The translations under genes and the position numbers were made by a program. The notes under the pieces were generated by a model. That model was not told the DNA's origin, made no database searches, and saw only the letters and a program-made list of their open reading frames with translations. This document shows positions 1 to 10,441 of a stretch of DNA of 64,000 nucleotides, in pieces (position 1 is the first letter of the stretch; every line of letters starts with the position of its first letter). The stretch lies in the IMG/VR virus record IMGVR_UViG_3300027816_000052, positions 192,030 to 256,029 of that record. One strand, 5' to 3'.

Positions 1-19
1 CTATGTTAATCCAATTGGG

Positions 20-289
20 TTGTGTTTTAACTCAATAGATTCGGAATGTCCATGTCCTGATTGCGAATGTGTTACATATACTTTAAGCAATTATTCTACA
101 CTTGAAGTACCGTTTACTTATATTGATTGTAATAACACATTAATAAATTCAATATTAGGTAGAGGTGGTCTTGGTCCATCGACAACAACTGTCACAATTT
201 GTGCTTGTTTAAATACAATAGTTATTGATGAAAATATCAATCCTAATTTTGTTAATATAACAACAGATCAAACCCCTTGTGAATCATGA
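20..289 (+). CDS. small Cys-rich protein, probably virion structural (may be 5'-truncated by the window edge)
   Basis: ORF track; Cys-rich; precedes a block of large structural-type genes. Confidence 0.4.
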   Translation: MCFNSIDSECPCPDCECVTYTLSNYSTLEVPFTYIDCNNTLINSILGRGGLGPSTTTVTICACLNTIVIDENINPNFVNITTDQTPCES

Positions 290-498
290 TACAAGTAACA
301 ATAAATAATATAACAGGTCAGACACCATATGATATTTATGTTTGTGATTCTGATGAAGATAACTGTTTTTGGATAGCAACAATTTCATCATTACCATATG
401 ATTTTATTATACCACCACCGTATGATATTATGGAAACTTTTTGTATTAAAGCGGTGGATGGTAATGGATGTGAAATAATAAATTGTCAAACACCATAA
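286..498 (+). CDS. small Cys-rich putative virion protein
   Basis: ORF track; coupled to neighbours; beta-rich TGQTPYDIYVCD segment. Confidence 0.45.
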   Translation: MIQVTINNITGQTPYDIYVCDSDEDNCFWIATISSLPYDFIIPPPYDIMETFCIKAVDGNGCEIINCQTP

Positions 499-499
499 A

Positions 500-2401
500 A
501 TGGGATTAATAGGTAGCGGAACAACTAATGAATGTAAAGTGGTAACAATTTTTCCACTGGGTGTTGAGTGTAATACAACAAATCCGTCAACATCACTTGC
601 ACTTGACGGTATCGCGTCATTAATAATTACAGGGGGAACAGCACCATATAATATACAATGGAGTAATGGTGCAACAAGTCAAACTTTATATGGTCTTGGT
701 GGTGGTGAATATACCGCAACCGTTACAGATTATTACGGTGATTTTACCTCAGTTACCACTTGTGTTTTAATACAACCAACAACAACCACAACAACATATA
801 CAACAACGACAACAACAATACCTTATACCTCAGGTGTTACTTTTTGTTTAAGTAGATGTAAAACTAATATCTGTGATAATTTTACATTCCAAGCCGGAAA
901 TATTATAAATGGATATAATTCTTGGACATCAAGCACATTAACAGTTTATTATGATATAATAACTAATAGATGGATTTTTGATGGTTATACCGCACCATTA
1001 GGCTACAATGCTGGTATTACATATGCAAATGACCCACCAACGGCTAATCCACCATTATCTTGGTTGGTTGAAGGTTCAAATTATAGACCTGAGGTTTATG
1101 CTGTGGTGGGAAATTGCGGTTCTCAGACAGCAACATTTTCTAGGTCGATAACAAATTCAGCTTGTCAATCTTCAAAAGACGGATCAATAATTGTAACCCC
1201 TAATGGTGGTTCCGGTTCTTATTTATTTTCAAAAAATGGTGGATTAACCTATCAATCATCTCCTGTTTTTAGTAATTTAGATTCTGGGTCATATACAATA
1301 GTAATTAAAGATACTGTAACAAATTTAACAAAATCTGATGTTGTGGTTGTATCGAACACAACAAATACAAGAACTTTTAGTTTGAACTTCTCAACAACAA
1401 GTCCAACAACAGTATATACACCACCAACTAATGTTTATGATATAATTCAGCAATTCTCACAAACGAAAGAAATTATACCATTTGTAATCACACCAAACCC
1501 AATATTACAAGTTGGTGAAACTTTAACTTTTGATTTTGACTTTAGAACTAATACTAGTTTTCAGTCTCCGGGTAATGCTGTATTTACAAATAACTTATTA
1601 TTATATAAAAACGGTAATTTATTAACAGGTTTAACGTCTACAATAACTAATACCACCGTTGGTTCCGGCGTTTGTTCAGCAAATACACTAACATCTGTAA
1701 CGTCTATAACACAATATAATTCTGTTTCATTAACATATGGTGATACATTAAGTGGTAGTGTATATTCAAACACATCATTATCAGCAACATCGTCTGTATT
1801 AGGTTGTACATCGTCAGCAAATAATCTTGTGTCATATGGAACTAAAAATTTAACAATCACACCACAAAAATGTCGCTCAATTAGTTCCGGATTGGTAAAA
1901 AATACACAATTCACAAACAATTTAAATTATATTTTACCGCCATTAAATATATCATTTACAAACAAATGGTTAACAAATACCGAATCAGCACTTAGTGGAT
2001 TTACATATGGCGGAAATGTAAATAACCCAACATCTCCGGGTACAACACCAAAAATATCATATAATTTTACAACAGGTTGTTTAATACAAAATACTAGTTG
2101 CTTCCCATTAGCAAATACTGTAAATGGTGGACCATTAACCGGAGTTACCACAAATCAATTAACGGTACAAGCTGGAACAAGAGGGGGTATTATAAATTTA
2201 TGGTTACAATTAGGTGGGCTTTTAAGTGGTGGTGCATGTGCAAAAATATTTGGAACATTAAAGGTTTCTATAAATTCTGGCGCATATACTACTTTAACGA
2301 CATTAAATGGTGGTTTAGGTACATGCTCAACAACATATTCATATGTTATTCCATTAAATGCAAATTCTATTGAATTTTTATGGGAACAAACGAGAATCTA
2401 A
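500..2401 (+). CDS. Thr/Ser-rich tail-fibre/adhesin-like protein with SprB-like repeats
   Basis: ITGGTAPYNIQWSNG and NGGSGSYLFSKNGG resemble SprB repeats; poly-Thr linker; beta-rich composition. Confidence 0.55.
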   Translation: MGLIGSGTTNECKVVTIFPLGVECNTTNPSTSLALDGIASLIITGGTAPYNIQWSNGATSQTLYGLGGGEYTATVTDYYGDFTSVTTCVLIQPTTTTTTYTTTTTTIPYTSGVTFCLSRCKTNICDNFTFQAGNIINGYNSWTSSTLTVYYDIITNRWIFDGYTAPLGYNAGITYANDPPTANPPLSWLVEGSNYRPEVYAVVGNCGSQTATFSRSITNSACQSSKDGSIIVTPNGGSGSYLFSKNGGLTYQSSPVFSNLDSGSYTIVIKDTVTNLTKSDVVVVSNTTNTRTFSLNFSTTSPTTVYTPPTNVYDIIQQFSQTKEIIPFVITPNPILQVGETLTFDFDFRTNTSFQSPGNAVFTNNLLLYKNGNLLTGLTSTITNTTVGSGVCSANTLTSVTSITQYNSVSLTYGDTLSGSVYSNTSLSATSSVLGCTSSANNLVSYGTKNLTITPQKCRSISSGLVKNTQFTNNLNYILPPLNISFTNKWLTNTESALSGFTYGGNVNNPTSPGTTPKISYNFTTGCLIQNTSCFPLANTVNGGPLTGVTTNQLTVQAGTRGGIINLWLQLGGLLSGGACAKIFGTLKVSINSGAYTTLTTLNGGLGTCSTTYSYVIPLNANSIEFLWEQTRI

Positions 2402-2420
2402 ATAATTATAGTAAAGGATA

Positions 2421-4760
2421 TTGATGTCATATATTTTAAAAAATACAAATAAAATAGTAAATACCCAGATTACAGATGTGGGTAGAAGAAAACTATCACA
2501 AGGGAAATTTAAAATAAAATATTTCCAAGTCGGTGATAGCGAGATATTTTATAATGCCATTTCTGGATATAATCAAAGTGATAATTTTATTTTACAACCA
2601 CAATTTAATTCACAAAATGACACAGGTATACCTGAAAGTAATAAAGCAAATATTAAATATCCGTTTTATTTAGATGAAAATCTAAATAATACTTATGGTT
2701 TACCTTATATGAGTTCAGACTTTGATTCTGTATTTGAAAATGTCCCATCTAGAGGATTTTTTACTGGTTCTAGTGGGTCTTGGTCTGCAATAACTCAAGC
2801 GGGATATTTAGTAACATCAAATTATTATATTGATTTATCCTCAGTAACCGGAGGAACAAAAATAACAGTAATTAGTGGGTTTTGTAATACAACAACACCA
2901 ATTGTCTTTACCGGTTGTTGTGATCCAATAACATCAACAACCACAACGACAACAACGTCAACAACCACTCTTGGTCCTTGTGATTTAACCGGTACAACAG
3001 CAACAACTACTTGTGTAATAAGTGGTAATACAAGAGAAGAGGGTGTACCCATCGTTGGTGATTTTGTAACGATTATTTTTGATTGTAACGCTGATTGTGG
3101 TGAACTTGGTAGTTATCCAATCTTAACATATAGAATATGTTGTATATTAAATGATGTTTTTGTATTGGATAGGGAAATACCTGACTTAGCATCATTAGGT
3201 TATACTGGACAAGCACAATTATTAATTTATCCATCTGGGTTTACGGGATTTTATGATTACGAAACACCCGAACAATATTGGAATCCTGAAACTATAAATT
3301 TTGAAAGTAGTTGTGACATCTCTAATGATTATGTTAAGATTTGGAATATGGCAATTCCTTGGAGTGAATCGCCAGCAGGTATTTTTTCTTCAAAAACAAA
3401 AGATGTTAATTATTTTGCTAGTAAAAATTATCTAGGTTCAAAAGAATATTTTGGATATCAAACAAACTCTGGTCAAAAATTTATTAATTCTTCTGGAATT
3501 ACCACCACAACGGATACTTTTTACTACAATTCTTTTGATGAACAAATTTATGTTGAACCAAAAGACCAGAAAGCAATTGCAATAATTCATTATACAAATC
3601 AAGGAATTGATTTTGAATATGGTGAAAAATTTGCAACACAAGAACTTAATGCTGAAACATCTGGAACAACAGGATTAGCACAAAACTTTAAATTAGATAT
3701 TCCTTGGTTATTATGGCACAAAACAACAGGTAACACAATTGGTGAAACATTCTATATTGATCCTCCGGGTTATAGTGGATTAAATGTTTGTTATATGGTA
3801 ACTGAAAGGTATGATATGGTTTCTCAGGGTATGAGGTATTACCATCTTTGGGATTTAAATCCAGATTCGAATGGTAATTTGAATAGGGTTGGGAAGGTTT
3901 ACCCGGATTCTAAAATGGTAATCATTGATGATGAAGAAATTATTGCTGCAATGTCTTATAAAGCAAACAGAAACTGGACATTACCAGCACCGAATATTAG
4001 TTTACTTTCACCAAATTTATGTCAAAACTATTCATCAATTAATGAGGGGTTATTAACTAATAATCAGGAATATTTGTGGTTAACATATCGTTTTGATAAT
4101 AGTACTTTTACAAATTCATTGCATTGTAACTATTATAGTGTAATACAAGGACCAGACCAAGAATGTGACCCAACACAAAAAAATATTGTTGTTAGATTTG
4201 GTGACGAATTTCCATTCTTAAGAACTGGTACAACATGTAATACCGGATTTTATGCTGAAAAAATAATAATTTTAGCTCAAAAAGTTATTGGAAATCAGAG
4301 ACCTTCCCCAACTAACTGGAAAGAAATTGATGTTACTAATCAAGTTTCCGCTTCAACTTTATCATCTGGATATTTAACAGTTAATTCATTAACTACAACT
4401 TCATTTATAATTGATAAGATGTTATATGATAATGGTGCAACATATAATTTAGATTCATACATTTCATTACCCGACCTTAATGAAACCAGTAATTGCTTAA
4501 ATTTTGGTGATGAATATTATTTCTATGGTAATATTGAAACAGATATACAATCAACCATTTATCAGATGAAATATGTTGTTAATTTAACAAATAATCAGTT
4601 TAAAATTAGTAGTAACCCAACATGGTCAGCAAATACTTCAACATATGTTACTGAAATTGGTTTATATGATGAGGATAAAGATTTAGTGGTTATTTCTAAA
4701 TTACAGTCGCCACAAGTAAGAGAAGGCATACAACAATTCGCAGTTTCATATATATTTTAA
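2421..4760 (+). CDS. large virion structural protein (baseplate/tail-associated), paralog 1
   Basis: C-terminal TEIGLYDEDKDLVVISKL resembles tail-collar/baseplate fibre domains; near full-length paralog follows. Confidence 0.55.
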   Translation: MMSYILKNTNKIVNTQITDVGRRKLSQGKFKIKYFQVGDSEIFYNAISGYNQSDNFILQPQFNSQNDTGIPESNKANIKYPFYLDENLNNTYGLPYMSSDFDSVFENVPSRGFFTGSSGSWSAITQAGYLVTSNYYIDLSSVTGGTKITVISGFCNTTTPIVFTGCCDPITSTTTTTTTSTTTLGPCDLTGTTATTTCVISGNTREEGVPIVGDFVTIIFDCNADCGELGSYPILTYRICCILNDVFVLDREIPDLASLGYTGQAQLLIYPSGFTGFYDYETPEQYWNPETINFESSCDISNDYVKIWNMAIPWSESPAGIFSSKTKDVNYFASKNYLGSKEYFGYQTNSGQKFINSSGITTTTDTFYYNSFDEQIYVEPKDQKAIAIIHYTNQGIDFEYGEKFATQELNAETSGTTGLAQNFKLDIPWLLWHKTTGNTIGETFYIDPPGYSGLNVCYMVTERYDMVSQGMRYYHLWDLNPDSNGNLNRVGKVYPDSKMVIIDDEEIIAAMSYKANRNWTLPAPNISLLSPNLCQNYSSINEGLLTNNQEYLWLTYRFDNSTFTNSLHCNYYSVIQGPDQECDPTQKNIVVRFGDEFPFLRTGTTCNTGFYAEKIIILAQKVIGNQRPSPTNWKEIDVTNQVSASTLSSGYLTVNSLTTTSFIIDKMLYDNGATYNLDSYISLPDLNETSNCLNFGDEYYFYGNIETDIQSTIYQMKYVVNLTNNQFKISSNPTWSANTSTYVTEIGLYDEDKDLVVISKLQSPQVREGIQQFAVSYIF

Positions 4761-4763
4761 GAT

Positions 4764-7115
4764 ATGGCATATATAATTAAAAATACTTCAGGTTTATTAA
4801 ATACAAGATTAACTGACGTTGGTAGAAGAAAGTTATCGCAAGGTAATTTTGTAATTAAGTATTTTCAAATTGGTGATAGTGAAGTTTGTTATGATTGTGT
4901 TCAAAATTTAAATCCAAAAAATAATTATGTAATTGAGCCAGCGTTTAATTCACAAAATAATGTTGGTGTTCCGGAAAGTAATAAACAAAATATTAAATAT
5001 CCCTTTAAACAAAGTCCAACAACAACAAATACTTTTGGTATTGGTAATTTTGATTCTGTCGTTTCACCAATATATAATAGTGCAGCACCTAGAGGATTTT
5101 TTAAAGGTGAAGAAGGTAGTTGGTCAGCAAATACTGATTATGGATATTTGGTAACACCAAATTATTATATTGATATTACAACATTAACTGGGGGAACGAA
5201 TCAAATATTGCTAATTAGTGGTACTTGTGATACATTAATACCACCAACATCAGATGATTGTTGTTCACCCACACCAACACCAACTCCTCCACCAACTCCT
5301 CCACCAACTCCAACATCCATTTGTGATACGCCAACACCAACACCGTTTTGTACAACAGGACCATCACCGGGAGTTGGAATACCGCAAGTGGGTGATTTTA
5401 TTACCATAATTTATGATTGCTGCGGTGATTGTGGAAAGATTAGAAATGGTTATACTATATTAACCTATAAAATATGTTGTTTAGATAATTTAGGTACAAC
5501 CCTAACTTTAGATAGGGATTTACCCGATTTCGCAAGTTTAGGTTTTACGGGTGATGCTAGAGTCTTAATTTATCCATCTGAAATATCAGATTTTTATGGT
5601 ACGTTTATTCCAAATGAAATTACTGACCAAGATTTAATTAACTATGAAATTCCTTGTGATATTTCAGATGGTGTAATAAAAATATGGAATATGAATATTC
5701 CTTGGAGCGAATCACCAGCGGGTATTTTTTCATCGGTAACTCAGGATTATACAACATATAATAGTAGAACTTATTTAGGGTCAAAAGAATATTTTGGATA
5801 TCAATCGGCTAATGGACAAACATTCCTAAACTCATCATATGAAAAATTTAGTTCAGATACGTATTACTATAATTCGTTTGATGAGCAAGTTTATCTCCAA
5901 CCCAAAGACCAAAAAGCAATATCGCTAATTCACTATACGAATAATTCTGTGGATTTAATCTACGGTGAAAAATTTGCGATGAATCCTATTGACCCAACAG
6001 ACGAGGGCGCAACAGGTCAAGCAATAAATTTTAAATTAGAAATACCTTGGTTATTGTGGCATAAATCAACTGATGGTAAAATAGGTGAAACCTTCTATGT
6101 AGATCCACCGGGTTATAATAAATTAAGTGTAAATTACATGGTATCATCTAAAAATGATGATATGAATGATCCGGGTTTAAGATATTATCATCTTTGGGAC
6201 ATAAATCCAGATTCAAATGGTAATTTGAATAGGGTCGGTAAAGTTTTTCCCGACTATAAGATGGTAATTATTGACGATGAGGAAATTATTGCAGCTATGT
6301 CATACAAAGCAAATAGAAATTGGACATTACCGGCACCTAAACTATCCTTAATTAATTCAAATATTTGTGATGGTGATATGGGTACAACAACAGGTATTTT
6401 AGAAAATGATAATGAATATCTTTGGGTTACATATCGCTTAGGTAATCAAACAACAAGTGCGTTTACAGAATCTTTACACTGTAATTATTATACATCAATA
6501 CAAGGACCAAAGACCGGTTGTACAATAAATAGTCAAGATGTTTCTATTAGGTTTGGATTAGAATTTCCATTTTTAAATCAACCGACCGGTAGTTGTACAT
6601 ATGGTTTTTTTGCTGATAGCATGAGTATTTTAGCTCAAAAAGTTACTGGTGATACTAGACCAAACTCTGAAAATTGGATTGAAATTGATGTAACAAATCA
6701 ATTAACATCGAGTATGATTGGTGGTTATATTACACAATCAGGACTTACTGCGACAACATTTGTTGTCGATATTGATTCATATACCGGAGGAACCACATAT
6801 GAACTCAATTACGTAAACTTACCATCATTAAATGATAATGGCGAATCCTGTTTAAATTTTGGTGATGAATATTATTTCTATGGTAATCTAAAAACAGATA
6901 TTGAAGCAACCATTTATGAGATGCGTTATGCGGTTAATTTACCAAATCAACAATTTACTGTAAGTACTAATCCAACTTGGGGTAATGAAAAAAAATCATT
7001 TATTTCAGAAATTGGGCTTTACGATGAAAATAAAGATCTTATACTTTTAACAAAACTACAATCACCACAATTAAGACAAGGTGAGCAGCAGTTTTTGATA
7101 AAACTTGATTTTTAA
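4764..7115 (+). CDS. large virion structural protein (baseplate/tail-associated), paralog 2
   Basis: Colinear with 2421..4760 (TDVGRRKLSQG, WNMxIPWSESPAG, MSYKANRNWTLPAP, EIGLYDE); Pro-Thr linker. Confidence 0.55.
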   Translation: MAYIIKNTSGLLNTRLTDVGRRKLSQGNFVIKYFQIGDSEVCYDCVQNLNPKNNYVIEPAFNSQNNVGVPESNKQNIKYPFKQSPTTTNTFGIGNFDSVVSPIYNSAAPRGFFKGEEGSWSANTDYGYLVTPNYYIDITTLTGGTNQILLISGTCDTLIPPTSDDCCSPTPTPTPPPTPPPTPTSICDTPTPTPFCTTGPSPGVGIPQVGDFITIIYDCCGDCGKIRNGYTILTYKICCLDNLGTTLTLDRDLPDFASLGFTGDARVLIYPSEISDFYGTFIPNEITDQDLINYEIPCDISDGVIKIWNMNIPWSESPAGIFSSVTQDYTTYNSRTYLGSKEYFGYQSANGQTFLNSSYEKFSSDTYYYNSFDEQVYLQPKDQKAISLIHYTNNSVDLIYGEKFAMNPIDPTDEGATGQAINFKLEIPWLLWHKSTDGKIGETFYVDPPGYNKLSVNYMVSSKNDDMNDPGLRYYHLWDINPDSNGNLNRVGKVFPDYKMVIIDDEEIIAAMSYKANRNWTLPAPKLSLINSNICDGDMGTTTGILENDNEYLWVTYRLGNQTTSAFTESLHCNYYTSIQGPKTGCTINSQDVSIRFGLEFPFLNQPTGSCTYGFFADSMSILAQKVTGDTRPNSENWIEIDVTNQLTSSMIGGYITQSGLTATTFVVDIDSYTGGTTYELNYVNLPSLNDNGESCLNFGDEYYFYGNLKTDIEATIYEMRYAVNLPNQQFTVSTNPTWGNEKKSFISEIGLYDENKDLILLTKLQSPQLRQGEQQFLIKLDF

Positions 7116-7119
7116 TTTC

Positions 7120-7719
7120 ATGGCAAAAACAACAAAAAATAGCCCAAAAGTTCTTGGTTTAGATGTATCAACAAAGACAATTGGATGGGCGTTATTTGAT
7201 ATAAAAAATAAAGAGCTTTTAGAATTAACACATGTTTCACCAATAGTTAAAGAAAAAACTGAAGATAAAGTTAGAGAGCTATTACTTAAAGCGGACGTGT
7301 TTAAAACAAAATTAATTGAATATAAAAATATTGGAATTACTAAAGTAGTAATTGAAGAACCTCTATTAAATAGTAATAATATTTATACCATTGGGATATT
7401 ACTAAGATTTAATAGTTTTATTACAAAAATAATTTATGATGAACTTGGAATTACCCCAGAATTCATTTCAACATATGACTCAAGGAAATTTGCATTTCCT
7501 GAATTAGTTAAACAAAATGATAAGGGTAAGTTTGTTCTATTTGGTGGCTTACCTAAAGATATTGATAAAAAACAAATAATTTGGGATTTAGTATCCAGAA
7601 GAGAACCTCAAATTACTTGGTTATACAACAAAAAAAATCTAATAAAAAAAGAGTGTTATGATATGAGCGATGCTTATACCTGCGTTTTAGGTAAAATGAA
7701 TGAGTTGAAGATTTGGTAA
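7120..7719 (+). CDS. RuvC-like Holliday junction resolvase
   Basis: LGLDVSTKTIGWALFD, IEEP and DMSDA acidic motifs of the RNase H/RuvC fold; ATG at 7120 preferred over TTG at 7105. Confidence 0.7.
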   Translation: MAKTTKNSPKVLGLDVSTKTIGWALFDIKNKELLELTHVSPIVKEKTEDKVRELLLKADVFKTKLIEYKNIGITKVVIEEPLLNSNNIYTIGILLRFNSFITKIIYDELGITPEFISTYDSRKFAFPELVKQNDKGKFVLFGGLPKDIDKKQIIWDLVSRREPQITWLYNKKNLIKKECYDMSDAYTCVLGKMNELKIW

Positions 7720-7747
7720 TTTAGACTTTCTTTTCTATATTTTATTT

Positions 7748-8665
7748 ATGGAAAATGAAAAAGATGTATTATTAGAGATACTAAGAACTATTTTAGGTAA
7801 AGAAAAGAATTATTATAATCTTAAACACCAAATTACTTTTGACTGTCCTGTTTGTAGTTATGAAATTAAGGGGTTAGAACAAGGTGATGGAAAGGGTAAT
7901 CTTGAAATAAACACTGAAAGACTTATTTATAAATGTTGGTCATGTGGTGATAGTCACGGTACACACGGTCCAGTAGGTAAACTAATTGATTTATGGGGTA
8001 ATAAAAAACAAAAAAAGATTTTTGATTTAATTAGACCTAAAGATGATGAGACAGTAAAGCCAATAATTCAAAAAATTAGGTTACCTGAAGGTTATATTAA
8101 ATTTAAAGATTCCAATCCGATTCTTATAGCACATAAAGAAGCATATAATTATCTAAAAAAGAGAGGTGTTACAGATGATATAATTGAGAAGTTTGATATT
8201 GGGTATACAGTAGATGGGGACTTTAAAAATAGAATAATAATTCCTTCATATGATTCAAATAATAATTTAAATTATTTTATTGCAAGGTCTTGGGTTAAGA
8301 CGAAAATGAAGTATAAAAATCCTACAATACCTAAAGAAACTATAATTTTTAATGAAAGTAGGGTTGATTTTAATAAAGATATTTATCTTTTAGAGGGTGC
8401 TTTCGACTCTATTTTTGTTGATAATAGTATACCTTTATTGGGTAAACATGTTAGTCCGTTACTTTTTGAAAAACTTTATAATGATGCTAAGAAAAATATT
8501 ATTATCGCATTAGACGGGGACGCATTTAATAATGCACAAAAGTTATTTCATGAATTAAATGGGGGTGTTTTATTTGGTAGAGTTAAATTATTAGAATTAC
8601 CAAAAGATAAAGATGTTGCGGATTTAAGGGGACAAATAAATGAATTTGAAATTTTTATAAAGTAA
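7748..8665 (+). CDS. DNA primase (Zn-binding domain + TOPRIM)
   Basis: CPVC...CWSC zinc motif; YLKKRG, RIIIP, LLEGAFD, IIALDGD, KDVAD TOPRIM motifs. Confidence 0.85.
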   Translation: MENEKDVLLEILRTILGKEKNYYNLKHQITFDCPVCSYEIKGLEQGDGKGNLEINTERLIYKCWSCGDSHGTHGPVGKLIDLWGNKKQKKIFDLIRPKDDETVKPIIQKIRLPEGYIKFKDSNPILIAHKEAYNYLKKRGVTDDIIEKFDIGYTVDGDFKNRIIIPSYDSNNNLNYFIARSWVKTKMKYKNPTIPKETIIFNESRVDFNKDIYLLEGAFDSIFVDNSIPLLGKHVSPLLFEKLYNDAKKNIIIALDGDAFNNAQKLFHELNGGVLFGRVKLLELPKDKDVADLRGQINEFEIFIK

Positions 8666-9522
8666 TGATTGATTTAATTACAGTAAGAGAAGAAATAATA
8701 GATATTTTAAAAAATAAGTATGAAAGTCAAAAACTTTCTTTTTTAGAGGAAAATCACATTTATTTTATGAATGATATTGACGGTAATTTAAGAAATGATT
8801 GGCCTTCAGTGTCAAAAGTTCTTAAATATTTTTATGATGAATTTGATGCAGAATCAATTGCTCATAAGAAAAGTAAGGGTGATTTAGCAGTTAAACAAGC
8901 ATTATTAGATGAATGGAGTAAATCGGGTGAATTAGCGGTTAATATGGGTTCTAGGGTTCACTATCTTCTAGAAAAAGAATCGCTTAAAATTTTCAACATT
9001 GAAAAAGAAGTTAGACAACCAACATTTGATTGTGATTTTGACCAAATATTAAAAAGTGATGCTATGATTCAGGGCGGAATTAAATTTCTTAATTTAATGA
9101 AAGAGCGAGGCGCTGTTTTATTAGATACCGAGGTCGTTTTAGGTTCGGCTGAATTAGGATATGTTGGTCAAGCAGACAAAATTTGGCTAATTGAAAATAA
9201 AAATAAAGACGGGTTTGGGGTTATTGTTTCTGACTATAAGAGTAATAAACCAAAAAATTTTATACCAAATAGTTTTACTAAAAAAATGAAATTTCCATTT
9301 ATCTTTTTAGATGATACAGCATTGGGTCATTACTCGGTTCAATTACCACTATACGGTAAACTTTTTCTAAAAATGTTAGAGGGTACAAAATACGAAAATT
9401 TAAAACTCTACGGCTGTATAATAGTACTACTTAAGGACGATTCAGATTTTGAAGAATTTAGAGTCGGTAAAGGTGCTATGGATACCGCATTAACTATGGA
9501 CGTAAAAAAATACCTGAAATAG
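8665..9522 (+). CDS. PD-(D/E)xK exonuclease
   Basis: GSRVH, GYVGQADKIW, VSDYKS, QLPLY motifs. Confidence 0.7.
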   Translation: MIDLITVREEIIDILKNKYESQKLSFLEENHIYFMNDIDGNLRNDWPSVSKVLKYFYDEFDAESIAHKKSKGDLAVKQALLDEWSKSGELAVNMGSRVHYLLEKESLKIFNIEKEVRQPTFDCDFDQILKSDAMIQGGIKFLNLMKERGAVLLDTEVVLGSAELGYVGQADKIWLIENKNKDGFGVIVSDYKSNKPKNFIPNSFTKKMKFPFIFLDDTALGHYSVQLPLYGKLFLKMLEGTKYENLKLYGCIIVLLKDDSDFEEFRVGKGAMDTALTMDVKKYLK

Positions 9523-9572
9523 TTTTTTTTGTTAGAGATTTTTTCATATCTTTGTAGTTCAAAAAATAAATT

Positions 9573-10439
9573 ATGTCAAAAGTATCTGAACTTCAAACAA
9601 AATACGCTAAACAAGTTAGTGCAGCTATTTTCCAAAGTTTCTTACATGCTGATAAAACAGAAACTAAGAAATATTTGGAATTTATGTGTAAACTTTGGTC
9701 GAATAGAGATAAGAACAAACTAACTAGGTCGGCTAAAGTAATTGAACTTGTTAATGATTTTGATAGTTGTTTAAGTTATCTTACAAATAAAGATATTTAC
9801 TCTCCTGAATACACTAATCTTAAAATTCTTCAAGATAGGATTGATGATGCGATGAGTCGCAAATTAGAAAAAGAATTTGAACCCAAAAAACATGGGACAA
9901 AAATTTATGAGACCGAAAATATTTTAATTGTAAGACCGTTAACCCAAGAGGGTTCAGATAAATGGGGGGCAAACACCAAGTGGTGTACTACCGGTAAAAA
10001 TAGCAGGTTTAAAGAATATTTTAGACGAGGCGTTATCATCTATTTAATAGATAAAAAAGCATCAAGAAATAGTGGATATAATAAAATAGCTTTTTATATT
10101 AATTGGAATAACCATTCTGTTTTTACGAATGATATTGAAGTATATAATCAACTTGATTCAAGAATTTATGATAAACATATGTTAAATTCGGGATGGAATA
10201 GACAAGATATTATTACAATTTTTAATATTATTAGAACATATATGTTTAATCTTGAGTTCGTTTTTAAAGCAAAAGAAAATGTGTCAAACACAATCAATAC
10301 ATTAAATAATATTGATATTGATAAATTAATGGAATCTATTCATCTCATTAGTGAGTCAAATGTTGAAGATAGAGATTATGTTTTAGAAATTAAAAATAAC
10401 ATTGATTTCATTACAAATAAATTAAAGGAAATTATTTAA
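9573..10439 (+). CDS. hypothetical protein, GxxTKWC-motif family copy 1
   Basis: PLTQEGSDKWGANTKWCTT motif shared with 11722..12645 and 25866..27854. Confidence 0.6.
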   Translation: MSKVSELQTKYAKQVSAAIFQSFLHADKTETKKYLEFMCKLWSNRDKNKLTRSAKVIELVNDFDSCLSYLTNKDIYSPEYTNLKILQDRIDDAMSRKLEKEFEPKKHGTKIYETENILIVRPLTQEGSDKWGANTKWCTTGKNSRFKEYFRRGVIIYLIDKKASRNSGYNKIAFYINWNNHSVFTNDIEVYNQLDSRIYDKHMLNSGWNRQDIITIFNIIRTYMFNLEFVFKAKENVSNTINTLNNIDIDKLMESIHLISESNVEDRDYVLEIKNNIDFITNKLKEII

Positions 10440-10441
10440 AT

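Noticed and set aside
1561-5407. Antisense ORFs within the large structural genes
   Set aside because: Shadow frames of Thr/Pro-rich, low-complexity plus-strand genes.
1-7115. Eukaryotic or NCLDV origin suggested by Cys-rich, LRR and DnaJ genes
   Set aside because: Bacterial sigma-70, Bacteroidota promoters, SLT/LysM, overlapping operons and phage-type replication genes indicate a bacteriophage.
8665-9522. Cas4 / CRISPR-associated nuclease
   Set aside because: No Fe-S cysteine cluster and no CRISPR context; a generic phage PD-(D/E)xK exonuclease in the replication block.
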